64,000 nt of DNA from an uncultured delta proteobacterium (GTDB lineage: Bacteria > Myxococcota_A > Polyangia > Polyangiales > JAFGIB01). The notes under the pieces are model-generated. The model had not been told where the DNA came from. It did not search any database and saw nothing but the letters and a program-made list of their open reading frames with translations. The stretch lies in the NCBI GenBank assembly GCA_963778655.1, contig CAVZVA010000003.1:64001-128000 (forward strand). Reading direction: 5' to 3'. Below, one piece after another: positions 41,225-50,960 of the stretch (positions within the stretch are counted from its first letter, which is position 1; each line of letters opens with the position of its first letter). A program made the position numbers and the translations under genes.

Positions 41225-43099
41225 TCAGACCGAAGGTCGAACCGAGGCTGCGAGCAGCTCGTGCACGCTCGCCAGCAAGGCCTGAGGTTTGTACGGCTTG
41301 CTCAGAAAGCGCGCGCCGCGTTCCGCAAAGTCCGCCGGCAGGACGCTCGCTGCATACCCGGTGGTGAATAGCACCTTGACGCTCGGGTCGATCTCCTGGA
41401 TGCGGAGAAATGCCTGCCAGCCGTCGAGCTCCGGCATGATCACGTCGAGAATCACCAGATCGATCGCGCGCAAGTGCTCGCGATACAACTCCACCGCGCG
41501 GACCCCATTGGGGGCGGTGAGCACAGTATAACCCGCGCTCTCGAGGATGCGCACGAGCTGGGACCGCACCACGTCTTCGTCCTCTGCAACGAGGACCACG
41601 CCGGTCCCCGCGACGCTGGGTCCGAGTGGCGCCACGGTTTGCTCGGCCTCGGGTGGGACGCGTGGCAAACGGACCTTGATCGTGGATCCACTACGGCCAT
41701 CGCTCTCGGCAGTCATCACCCCGCCGTGTGCTCCGACGATCCCGGCCGCGACCGCCAAGCCCAGACCAGATCCGGCGCCCTTGGTGGTAAAGAACGGTTC
41801 GAAGACACGGCCCAGGTCTCCAGGGGCTATGCCGATGCCCGTGTCCAATACACTCATCACGACGTGGCTCGGGCCGTCGGGCTCGATCCGAATCGTCAAC
41901 GTGCCGCCCTCGACCATGGCATCGCGCGCGTTCACGCACAGGTTGATAAGAACCTGCTCGAACTGAGGCGCATCAAGCTCGACGAAGTAGGCTTGGGCAG
42001 GGGGCTCGAATTTGACGACGACGTTCTCCGGAATTACGCGGCGCAACATGCGGACGCTCTGCGAAACGAGCGTCCCCAACTCGACGCACTTGGAATCGAC
42101 GCGCTTGCGTCGGCCGATCGCCAGCAAGTGCGAGGTGAGCTCCGCGCCCTGTTCCGTGGCCCGCTGCGCTTGCTGCAACTCGTCGGTGGGAACCTTGCCC
42201 CTCTCGAGGCTTCGCTGCGCGAAGAATAGATTTCCTTGAATGACCTGGAGCAAGTTGTTGAAGTCGTGAGCGACTCCGCCGGCAAGCTGCCCCAAGCTTT
42301 CGAGGCGCTGAGCCCGGTGCAACTGCTCCTGCGTCTGTCTCAGCGCCTGTTCGGAGCGCTTGCGCTCGGTGATGTCCGAGGTGATCAGCAACACGTGCTC
42401 GACCCTCGCCTCGAGCGCGATCGGCACTACGCGCACGAGGTACCAGGCAGTCGACTTGCCGTCGCCGTATCCTTCGCTTTCATATTGTCCGACCTTGCCT
42501 GAGTCGAATGCTGCGTCAATCACCGCCCTTTCCGTGGCGTCGTACGAGCTGAACTCCGCAAGCTTCTTGCCGATCACGTCTTCGAGCGTCAGACCCGGTG
42601 CCAGGCGATTGGCCCAAACGAAGCGACGGTCACGGTCCACCATCGCAACGAAATCCGGAAGATGCTCGACGACGCGGCGACGAAACTCGATGCTGCGTTC
42701 GAGCGCTTCGCGCAGACTCTGTAGGTCGGAGACATCCTCGGTGAGCATCAGCGCCAGCTCCTCGCCCGATGGACCCTTGAATGGCAGCACGCGGGTTTCG
42801 ATGTGGCGCCGCGACCCGTCGGAGAGCACGACGGTGTAGTCGAGCTGGCGAGCTTCCCTCCTGGCGAATGCATCCTCCACGCACGCAATCACGGCCTCCC
42901 GCTGCGGGGCAGCGATGAATTCCTCCATCAGCTTGCCCACGACGCCAGAGAGATCGCGACTCAGCGTGCGGTTGAGAAAGACGATGCGTCGTTGCCGATC
43001 GATGCAGCTGACGTAACCAGGGACGGCCTGCGCCAGGGCTCGAAACAGCAAGGCCGCGAGATCGTTGTCGCGGAGCTCGTCTAGCTTATCTTCAGGCAT
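41225..43099 (-). CDS. Hybrid PAS-PAS histidine kinase/response regulator (CckA-like architecture)
   Basis: LAGGVAHDFNNLL, NLCVNARDAM, DTGIG, FEPFFTTK, GSGLGL, receiver domain LDVIMP...KP. Confidence 0.95.
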   Translation of the reverse strand: MPEDKLDELRDNDLAALLFRALAQAVPGYVSCIDRQRRIVFLNRTLSRDLSGVVGKLMEEFIAAPQREAVIACVEDAFARREARQLDYTVVLSDGSRRHIETRVLPFKGPSGEELALMLTEDVSDLQSLREALERSIEFRRRVVEHLPDFVAMVDRDRRFVWANRLAPGLTLEDVIGKKLAEFSSYDATERAVIDAAFDSGKVGQYESEGYGDGKSTAWYLVRVVPIALEARVEHVLLITSDITERKRSEQALRQTQEQLHRAQRLESLGQLAGGVAHDFNNLLQVIQGNLFFAQRSLERGKVPTDELQQAQRATEQGAELTSHLLAIGRRKRVDSKCVELGTLVSQSVRMLRRVIPENVVVKFEPPAQAYFVELDAPQFEQVLINLCVNARDAMVEGGTLTIRIEPDGPSHVVMSVLDTGIGIAPGDLGRVFEPFFTTKGAGSGLGLAVAAGIVGAHGGVMTAESDGRSGSTIKVRLPRVPPEAEQTVAPLGPSVAGTGVVLVAEDEDVVRSQLVRILESAGYTVLTAPNGVRAVELYREHLRAIDLVILDVIMPELDGWQAFLRIQEIDPSVKVLFTTGYAASVLPADFAERGARFLSKPYKPQALLASVHELLAASVRPSV

Positions 43100-43275
43100 G
43101 AGCTCACAAGGCTATCGCGCCTCGGGCCACGTGCCCAGAGATCGCGATTCGACACGCACAGACACGTGGTCGAACGCCGCCACGACGACGTTGTGATCCG
43201 CATTAAATGCATTGGATCGGCTGCCTACGGCGCGCTAAGGTGGGACCGGTTCACGTGGTCGACGAGGTCCTCTGA

Positions 43276-44349
43276 ATGGGCAGCACCACGCCATCGGCGA
43301 CGCTGCTCGAGCTACTCGGGATCGACACGCCGATCATTCAGGCGCCCATGGCGGGCGTTTCGACGCCCGAAATGGCGGCCGCGGTGTCGAACGCAGGCGC
43401 GCTCGGGTCGATCGGTGTTGGGGCAACGAACGCGGCGGGAGCGCAGAAGCTGATCGCCACGTTCCGCGAGCGGTCGCACGGTTCGCTCAACGTGAATGTC
43501 TTCTGCCACGCGCCGGCGCGTGCCGACTCCGCGCGCGAGGCGCGCTGGGTCGAGCTTCTCCGACCGCAGTTCGCCCGGTTTGGCGCGAGGCCGCCGGTCA
43601 GGCTCACGGAGATCTATCGGAGCTTCGTCGAGGACGACGGCATGCTCTCCATGCTTCTCGTCGAGAGGCCGCGGGTGGTCAGCTTTCATTTCGGCATTCC
43701 CTCGCGCGAACGGATCGAAGCGCTACACGACGCGGGAATCGTGCTCCTGGGCTCGGCAACGAGTGCTGCGGAAGCGCGCGCGCTTGCCGAGGCTGGCGTG
43801 GACGCGGTCGTTGCGCAGGGCTACGAGGCAGGAGGCCATCGCGGCGTGTTCGATCCGAACGCCGACGACGACCGCCTGGGCACGTTCGCGCTCACCCGGC
43901 TGCTGGTTCGCGAGATCGATCGGCCCATCATCGCAGCGGGAGGCATCATGGACGGCGACGGCATCGCCGCGGCCCTTCGTTTGGGTGCGAGCGCAGCGCA
44001 GCTGGGCACCGCGTTCGTCTCATGTGACGAGTCGCAAGCCGACCCGCGATACCGCGCGGCGCTGAAGAGCGATGCCGCGCACCACACCGTGATGACCCGG
44101 GTGATTTCCGGCCGACCGGCAAGGAGCCTCGCCAATCGATTCACCGCGCTCGGCCGCGAGCTCGCGCCCCGCGACGTGCCCGACTATCCCATCGCGTACG
44201 CCGCCGGCAAGGCGCTCCACGCCGCGGGCAAGGCCAAGGGCGACTTCGGCTTTGGCGCGCACTGGGCCGGCCAAGGCGCGCCCCTGTCGCGCGCGATGCC
44301 GGCCGCGGATCTGGTCGCGCTCTTGCGACAAGAAGCAGCCGGGCAGTGA
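43276..44349 (+). CDS. Nitronate monooxygenase family flavoprotein
   Basis: PIIQAPMAG, VSFHFG, QGYEAGGHRG, IAAGGIMDG, WAGQG. Confidence 0.93.
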   Translation: MGSTTPSATLLELLGIDTPIIQAPMAGVSTPEMAAAVSNAGALGSIGVGATNAAGAQKLIATFRERSHGSLNVNVFCHAPARADSAREARWVELLRPQFARFGARPPVRLTEIYRSFVEDDGMLSMLLVERPRVVSFHFGIPSRERIEALHDAGIVLLGSATSAAEARALAEAGVDAVVAQGYEAGGHRGVFDPNADDDRLGTFALTRLLVREIDRPIIAAGGIMDGDGIAAALRLGASAAQLGTAFVSCDESQADPRYRAALKSDAAHHTVMTRVISGRPARSLANRFTALGRELAPRDVPDYPIAYAAGKALHAAGKAKGDFGFGAHWAGQGAPLSRAMPAADLVALLRQEAAGQ

Positions 44350-44469
44350 CCGTCCCCGCTAGGCGCCTCGTGCAAATTGGTTCCTCATGCCACTATCGGC
44401 CACCACATGGTCCGGCGCAGATGTTGTGCTAGCGTCGGTGCGCCCGACCCTCGCAGCGGAGACTTCGTG

Positions 44470-44988
44470 ATGACGATCTCGTTCTACGACATTTCGGTAC
44501 CGGTCTATCGGCAGTTCCTACAGGCCCTGCGGGGCGTTCTCGACAAGGGCGAGAAGCACTGCACGGAAAAGGGCATCGAGCCGGCGTCAGTGCTGGCCAC
44601 GCGCCTGATCGAAGACATGCAGCCGCTCACGTTCCAGATCATGCAGGCAATCAGTCACTCGGCTGGCGCGCTGGCGACGATCCGCGGCCAACAGCGCCCG
44701 CGCGCTTCGGGCCTCGACTCGTTTGCCGGCTGCAAGCAGGCGGTCGAGCAGGCGCTAGCCGACCTCGACGCGATCCAACCGGCCGATCTCGAGAACGTCG
44801 CGTCGAGCAACGTCGAGCTGAAGTTCCCGGGCCGCGAGCTGAAGTTCACGGCGCAGGGGTACCTGCTGAGCTACGCGATACCGCAGTTCTTCTTTCACGT
44901 CACGACCGCCTACGACATCTTGCGCCACGAGGGCGTACCGATCGGCAAGCGCGACTTTCTGGGACGGGTTCAGCTCAGGGACGCCTGA
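44470..44988 (+). CDS. DUF1993 family protein
   Basis: RLIEDMQPLTFQI, PQFFFHVTTAYDILRHEGVPIGKRDFLG. Confidence 0.9.
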   Translation: MTISFYDISVPVYRQFLQALRGVLDKGEKHCTEKGIEPASVLATRLIEDMQPLTFQIMQAISHSAGALATIRGQQRPRASGLDSFAGCKQAVEQALADLDAIQPADLENVASSNVELKFPGRELKFTAQGYLLSYAIPQFFFHVTTAYDILRHEGVPIGKRDFLGRVQLRDA

Positions 44989-45202
44989 GGCAACGCGCGT
45001 TGACGATCGAGAGCACCGAACAGTTTGAAACGTATGGGGACGCATTTCCGCAAGCTGCGCCGAGCGTTGTATGGCGGCGGGGGTGGCGAACGGCGGAAAT
45101 CCCACTATGCCTGCTCTCGACGCCAAGCGAGCCGAAGCGGTCCGGCCGCTGCACAGAGCGAACCCGCGGAGGCGACGAGCAAGAAGGCGCCTAAATGGCC
45201 GA

Positions 45203-46183
45203 TCACGATTCGGGAACGGCCATGCTAGGGTTCGAGTAAGCTACCCCATCCCGCCGGACAGCAGTGAGCACGTGCGCGATGGGTAAGCCGTCGGTGGGAT
45301 CGGCGCACTCGATGAGCTTGGTCAGGGTAAGCTCGCCGGGCAGCGGGAGACTTCTTGCGGGGTGCGCGATCGGACGCAGCGACTGGCAAGTCATCGCCAG
45401 CTCGCGGCCAATCAGCTGCAGGGTGCGCTCGCAGTCGGACAAGGCCGCCTCGCACGCCGGCCGAGCGCGATGACCGGCGGGGCAGTAGACCGAGATGAAG
45501 CGCTCCGCGGTCGTCAAGTAGGACGCCAGGTAGCCGCGGTATTGGCGATCGTGAGCGAAGCTCGCGTCCAGCAGATCCGTCAGGCCGTGGAGAAGGGCGC
45601 TCGCTTCCGCATATCGAGCTTGGAGCAGTTGCCGGTAGAGCTCGCGCGCCTGCTGCCAATATGGCTGGGAGCGACGGAACTTGTCCGCGCGTTTGCCGCG
45701 CGGGTGGTGCAAGACCAGGATCAGCTTTCCACCGCCGACCAGCACCCGCGCAAAAGCCCGAAGCGCGTCGGCCCGCATCTGATCGCTCAAGTAGCCGAAG
45801 ACATAGCTGCACACTACGCGGTCCTGCGAGGCGCTGGGCATCTTCGCCAGCGGCGACAGACCGGGCCCGATCGCGATCTCGATCGGATAGCGTGCGAGCA
45901 ATGGATCGGCGGGATCGTGTTGCAGCGACTCCGAGACGCCCGTCAGTGTGACGCGGCGCATCAACTCGTCTTCGAGCGAGCGGTACAGGCCCATGCTGCC
46001 GATCCCGAAATCGAGCACGCGCAGCACTCCGGGACGCTCGCTCAAGCAGTCCCGCACCGCATCCTTGACGCAAAGCTGCTTCGGCTCCTGCCAGCTGCAA
46101 AAGTCGGGGCGGCCCTGGAAGATGCGGCGCCAGTACTCCTGGGACCTGATCTGATTCTGGCCGGCAGCGGGCGGTGTGTTCAT
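45203..46183 (-). CDS. Class I SAM-dependent methyltransferase
   Basis: RVLDFGIGSMG, DRVVCSYVFGYL, RVLVGGGKLILVLHHP. Directly downstream of precursor P2. Confidence 0.75.
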   Translation of the reverse strand: MNTPPAAGQNQIRSQEYWRRIFQGRPDFCSWQEPKQLCVKDAVRDCLSERPGVLRVLDFGIGSMGLYRSLEDELMRRVTLTGVSESLQHDPADPLLARYPIEIAIGPGLSPLAKMPSASQDRVVCSYVFGYLSDQMRADALRAFARVLVGGGKLILVLHHPRGKRADKFRRSQPYWQQARELYRQLLQARYAEASALLHGLTDLLDASFAHDRQYRGYLASYLTTAERFISVYCPAGHRARPACEAALSDCERTLQLIGRELAMTCQSLRPIAHPARSLPLPGELTLTKLIECADPTDGLPIAHVLTAVRRDGVAYSNPSMAVPES

Positions 46184-46328
46184 GCCTTTGTCCTTGGGGC
46201 GATGTGCGTTGCGGGCGTCGTGGGAAGACGGCGCAGCCCGAGCAGTCGCATGCAACGGGCTGCGCCGTGGCTAGATCGGCCTGAGCCGGCCGGACAGCGC
46301 TGCGGACGCAGGGCCGAGCTGCGACGAT

Positions 46329-46523
46329 TCAGTAGGCCTCGACGTCCTCTTCGGGCTGATACGGCGTCCCCGACCAGCTCACGCTGGGGGCAGGCGCCTT
46401 CACGATCAGCTTCGGCCGCACGGTCACCCCGCCCGTAATCTGCTCGAGCTGCGCCTCGCTCAGCTCCCCTTCGAGCGCAGCCTCCGCCTCCTCGCTAGCG
46501 TCCTTGATCTTGTTCTTGTTCAT
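46329..46523 (-). CDS. RiPP precursor peptide P2 (double-glycine leader)
   Basis: AGGAG RBS. 32-aa leader ending GELSEAQLEQITGG; 32-aa core VTVRPKLIVKAPAPSVSWSGTPYQPEEDVEAY. It is the C-terminal part of ORF 46329-46877. Confidence 0.85.
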   Translation of the reverse strand: MNKNKIKDASEEAEAALEGELSEAQLEQITGGVTVRPKLIVKAPAPSVSWSGTPYQPEEDVEAY

Positions 46524-46762
46524 ACAGATCTCCTGTGTGGCGCAGGCAGCCACCCCGTGTGGCCGCTGCAACTGCCGCTCACCGGTCAGACGTAAAACCG
46601 CAGCCGGATCCGGACACGGGCGGGGAAGAAAGGCTGGCCGACACACGAAGCGGCCCCGCAAATGCCGGGGCCTGCGCATGCGGATCGAGCACAAACCGGT
46701 GCTGACGGGAGGCCTCGGCGATGGCAGACTGGGCCTGGCCTTCGCCCGCTTGAGCCGCAACC

Positions 46763-47341
46763 ATGAGCGAGTCACCCGAAAAGACGCGCCTTTCCGAATT
46801 GCTCGGCCTGGCGAACAGCGGCGCGCCGGGCGCGCTCGCACAGGTTTTCGACGAGGCCTACCCGGAGCTGTGCACACTGGCGCGCGCGCGCCTGCGGAGC
46901 CGCGGGCAGATCGGGGGCGGAGAGCTCGCCACCACCGCGCTCGTCCACGAGGCGTTTCTGCGCTTTGCCCAAGGCGGCAAAGTGCAAGCGGAGCACCGCG
47001 GGCACTTCTTCAGGTACGCCGGGCGCGTGATGCGTTCAGTGATCGTAGACACCGCGCGCGAGCGCCTGGCCCAACGGCGTGGCGGCGGCGCCCCGCACTC
47101 CGCGCTGACCACGCAAGTGCAGGCGAGCGGATTGGGCGGCGAAGAGGAGATCCTGAACGTCCACGAAGCGCTGGACAGCTTGGCGGATTGCGATCCCCGC
47201 CTGATCGACGTGGTGCAGATGCGCTACTTCGGCGGCATGACGGACGCCGAGATCGCACAAGCGCTCGGCGTCACCGACCGCACCGTGCGCCGCGACTGGG
47301 AGAAAGCCCGGCTGCTCCTGCTGGAAGCGCTCGGCGCGTAG
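46763..47341 (+). CDS. ECF-type sigma factor (TIGR02999-like, kinase-associated group)
   Basis: YPELCTLARARL, TTALVHEAFLR, MRSVIVDTAR, MRYFGGMT..EIA..LGVTDRTVRRDWEKAR. Confidence 0.92.
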   Translation: MSESPEKTRLSELLGLANSGAPGALAQVFDEAYPELCTLARARLRSRGQIGGGELATTALVHEAFLRFAQGGKVQAEHRGHFFRYAGRVMRSVIVDTARERLAQRRGGGAPHSALTTQVQASGLGGEEEILNVHEALDSLADCDPRLIDVVQMRYFGGMTDAEIAQALGVTDRTVRRDWEKARLLLLEALGA

Positions 47342-47432
47342 CGGCGGGTTGCTGCCCGCCTTCAAGGAGCGCAACGCCGCGAGCGGCGTCGAGGGCGCGC
47401 CGTGATTGCGTGGAAATCACGGTTCCAGGGGA

Positions 47433-48521
47433 CTAGACGCGCTCGACCTCGGCTGCGAAAGCGCGCGCGGAAGGGTAGCGCTGGTCAGGTCGCTTGTTCA
47501 GAGCCCGCAGGACCAGCGCGTCGAGCTGGCCCTGCAGGCACGCCTGCAGCGTTCGATCCGGCACGGCGGCGCTCGGCGGTGGAGGCACGGTTTCGAGGAT
47601 CGCCTCGCGCAACGCGCGGTTGGAGCCATGGCGGTAGCGATAGGGACTGACTCCGCAGAGCAGCTCGTACAGGATGACCCCGAGCGAGTAGATGTCGGAG
47701 GCGAAACCGACGGGCTCGCCCAACACCTGCTCGGGCGATGCGTAGGCCGGCGTGAGCGGGCGCCCCGTCGCCACCGAAAGCTGAAGCGCTGGCGGAATGC
47801 CATCGGTCAGCAGCCGTCCGACGCCGAAGTCGAGCAGGCGCAGCGTGCCTTCCGCGGTGACCATCACGTTGGCCGGCTTCAGATCGCGGTGCACGATCTG
47901 GCGATCATGCGCGTGCGCGACCGCGCTCGCGAGCTGGGAGAACAGCTGCAGCCGCGCCCGTAGCGGCAGCCGCAGCGCGCTGCAGTGCGCGTCGAGGACC
48001 CGACCCGCGATGTACTCGAGCACGAGGTACGGTTGCCCCTCGGGGGTCACTCCCGCGTCGTACAAGCGCGCGATGTTGGGATGGTCGAGCGCGGCCAGCA
48101 GCTGCCGCTCGCGGCTCAGACGGGCCAACAGATCCTCGCGTCGTGGCGCCATGTGCGCGAACTTCAGCGCGACCTGAAACGACGCGCCCCGCTCCGGCCG
48201 GGCCGCAAGCCAGACCACGCCCATGGCCCCGACGCCCAGGCGCCGCGTCAGCCGATACGGTCCTATCTGCGTGCCGGGAGCGTGCCCCGAGTCGTCGAAA
48301 CGCAGCACCTTGGGCGCGGGCGAGGTTTCCAGCTTGGGTAGCGTGTCGAGCATGTGCTGCGCCCGGGACCCGCCGGCGCGCGCGAGCAGCGCGCGAAGCC
48401 GCGGCTTGAGCGGGTCCACCTCACGTCCGAGCGCTTCCACCCAGGCCGCGCGCCGCTCCGCCGGTAGCGCCAGCATGGCGTCGAGAAGTCGGCTGAGGGT
48501 GATCGCCTGCTTCGAGCCCAT
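47433..48521 (-). CDS. Ser/Thr protein kinase lacking TM and extracellular domains
   Basis: IGPYRL...LGVGAMGVV, VALK, HPNIARLYDAG, HRDLKPAN, LLDFG, TPAYASPEQ, SDIYSLG. Confidence 0.9.
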   Translation of the reverse strand: MGSKQAITLSRLLDAMLALPAERRAAWVEALGREVDPLKPRLRALLARAGGSRAQHMLDTLPKLETSPAPKVLRFDDSGHAPGTQIGPYRLTRRLGVGAMGVVWLAARPERGASFQVALKFAHMAPRREDLLARLSRERQLLAALDHPNIARLYDAGVTPEGQPYLVLEYIAGRVLDAHCSALRLPLRARLQLFSQLASAVAHAHDRQIVHRDLKPANVMVTAEGTLRLLDFGVGRLLTDGIPPALQLSVATGRPLTPAYASPEQVLGEPVGFASDIYSLGVILYELLCGVSPYRYRHGSNRALREAILETVPPPPSAAVPDRTLQACLQGQLDALVLRALNKRPDQRYPSARAFAAEVERV

Positions 48522-48744
48522 TGCTGCTCCGCCCGCGGCCGCCCAAGGGCCGTTCGTCTTGCGAAACGGGCACGCTCGGGGCGATGGCCAAAGGGCTAGC
48601 GCGGCACCGCGCGGATAGCAAGCCAGGCGGTCTCGCGCCTGGCGCACGCGGCCGCTTTCGGGCCCCTTGCCCATTCCACCGCGGACGTCGTGCCGGCTAG
48701 AGTGCGGGGGTGAACGGACGGGACAGCGCTCACGGGGGCCCCCG

Positions 48745-50862
48745 ATGAAGACCGCGCTGCTCTACCCGCCGTTCATGGACCCGCGTGCACCTCAGCTCGC
48801 CCTGCCCTCGCTCGCGGCGTTTCTGCGCAAGAACGGCGTCGGCGTGACGATGCAAGATCTCGCGCTCGAGGCCGTGCTCTTCATGACCGAGCCCGAGTCG
48901 CTCGAACGCTGCCAGCGCGCGCTGGCCGGCAAAGCAGACGGCTCGGAAGCGGCGCGCGCGCTGTATGCGCCCTTCGAACGCGCGCGAGAGCTGGCGCCGT
49001 GGGCGTTGTCACGGCTGCGCGATCCCGAGGCGTTCTTCGACGCTCGAGACCTCAATGCGTCACGAGACATCCTGAGCTGCATCGTGCGCGCACACGCCGT
49101 GGCGATCGACGAACGGATCTGCTGCGACTTGCACCCGATCGTGTACGAGGTTCAAGGCGTCGCCGCCAGCCGCTTCCGCGACCTGCTGCAGATCACCGGC
49201 GAGCCTCGGCTCGACCCCTTCCACGTCTACTATGCCGAGCGAGTCGCGCCCGCGCTCGCGGCGCAGGCCCCCGATGCGGTCGGGATTTCGCTCACGAACT
49301 ATCAACAATGGTTGCCCGGCCTATCGCTCGCACGCCTGCTCAAGGCACGGGGTTTCTTCGTCGTGCTCGGCGGAGCCCTGATCTCGAAGTTCGTCGACGC
49401 GCTGGCGCGCCTACCCGATTTCTTCCGCGTCTTCGCCGACGCCGTGGTCGCCTACGAGGGTGAGACGGCGTTGCTGGCGCTCCTGGCCGAGCTGCAGGGC
49501 AAGCGCCGCTTCGACAAGGTGCCCAATCTAGTCTTCTTCGATCGCCACTTCGTGCGGACCACCGCGACGCGCGTCGAGGACGTCAACGCGCTGCCGACTC
49601 CCGATTTCGACGGGCTTCCGCTCGCTCGCTACCTCACTCCGGCGCCGGTGTTCCCGATCCTCGCGGGCAAGGGGTGTTACTTCAATCGCTGCAAGTTCTG
49701 CGAGATCCCTTTCATCAATCACGTGTCGGCCAAACCCTACCGGATCCGGCTGCCTGAGTTGATCGTCGAGGACGTCCGCAGCCTGGCGCGCAAGCACGGC
49801 GCGCAGCACTTCGTCATCACCGACGAAGCGCTGTCACCCAAGTTACTGCTGAAGCTCGCCGAGGCCTTTCGTCCCTTCGCGGCCGAGCCGCGCCACTTCA
49901 CCGGCTACGCGCGGCTCGAAGACGGCTTCAGTCGGGAGGTATTCGATGTGATCGCCGAGATGGGCGTGCGCAAGCTGTTCTTCGGCATGGAGTCCGCCTC
50001 GCAGGCGATGATCGACCACATGGACAAGGGGACCCGCGCCGCCTCCACGGCCACCATCCTGCGCGCCTGCCGCGACGCCGGGATCCGCTTTCACCTGTTT
50101 TCGATCATCGGCTTTCCCGAAGAGACCGAGACGATGGCGCGGCAGACCTACCAGTTCCTGCTCGACCACCGGCATGTGCTGGACGTTCCGGGCAATTCGT
50201 TCGGCATCCGCCGCTTCCACCTCGAGCTGCGCACGGAATACTTCGCGAAGCGCGAGGCGTTCGGGATCCGCGTCGCCGAAGGCGCCCTCGAGCCCGAGTT
50301 CCTGGTCGGGCTCGATCCGGATCAATGGCACAACACGCGCGGACTGCGCGCCGCCGAGGTCGAACGGCTGCTGCGCGATGAGCTCAACCCGGGGTTGATC
50401 TGCACCTTCAAGCGCCTCTACGGCAGCCGCGTTCAGGTGTGGCCCCACAGCGAGGAGCACGCCGTGCTCTACTGCAGCCACTACCCTGCCAGCCAGGCGT
50501 TTCCCTTTCAGGCGGCGTTGCCGGAGCTCGAGGACGGCGCACGGGTCACGATCCGGGTCAACCCCGCGGCTGCGAGCCGGACCGAGGACGAGCTGGTCTC
50601 GCTCGCGCTTCGCCCGGGCAGCGTGGTCTTTCCGCGAGCGATTCTCGAGACGGTGGTCGCCTCCGAGCCACGCAGCGCGCGGCGATTGGTCGATCAGCTC
50701 GCGGAGTCGGAAGCCGACCCGGGCGACGTGGTACGGGGCCTGAACGCGTTGATCGGTGCCGGCTATCTCCAGCTCCAGACCCACCCCGCGCTCGAGCCCG
50801 AGGCCCTTGCGGGCGCGCTTGCAGGCGGCAGGAGGGCACTTCTCAAACGGCCTGGCTCTTGA
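48745..50862 (+). CDS. B12-binding domain radical SAM enzyme
   Basis: LLYPPF...PQLALPSLAAFL, VGISL, VVLGG, PTPDFDGLPL, GCYFNRCKFC, FGMESAS, IIGFPEET. Confidence 0.9.
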   Translation: MKTALLYPPFMDPRAPQLALPSLAAFLRKNGVGVTMQDLALEAVLFMTEPESLERCQRALAGKADGSEAARALYAPFERARELAPWALSRLRDPEAFFDARDLNASRDILSCIVRAHAVAIDERICCDLHPIVYEVQGVAASRFRDLLQITGEPRLDPFHVYYAERVAPALAAQAPDAVGISLTNYQQWLPGLSLARLLKARGFFVVLGGALISKFVDALARLPDFFRVFADAVVAYEGETALLALLAELQGKRRFDKVPNLVFFDRHFVRTTATRVEDVNALPTPDFDGLPLARYLTPAPVFPILAGKGCYFNRCKFCEIPFINHVSAKPYRIRLPELIVEDVRSLARKHGAQHFVITDEALSPKLLLKLAEAFRPFAAEPRHFTGYARLEDGFSREVFDVIAEMGVRKLFFGMESASQAMIDHMDKGTRAASTATILRACRDAGIRFHLFSIIGFPEETETMARQTYQFLLDHRHVLDVPGNSFGIRRFHLELRTEYFAKREAFGIRVAEGALEPEFLVGLDPDQWHNTRGLRAAEVERLLRDELNPGLICTFKRLYGSRVQVWPHSEEHAVLYCSHYPASQAFPFQAALPELEDGARVTIRVNPAAASRTEDELVSLALRPGSVVFPRAILETVVASEPRSARRLVDQLAESEADPGDVVRGLNALIGAGYLQLQTHPALEPEALAGALAGGRRALLKRPGS

Positions 50863-50960
50863 TAGGGAGTTACACTGGTTTCCTTCTTCTATTTGCTGCT
50901 CGCGATCGGTGTGCGCGAGCGCTCAGCAGTCGAACCCGAGCCCGCCCTTGGCAACCTAGC

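Noticed and set aside
46329..46877. 182-aa ORF as listed in the track
   Set aside because: The upstream part overlaps the ECF gene and lacks coding character; the RBS supports a start at 46523.
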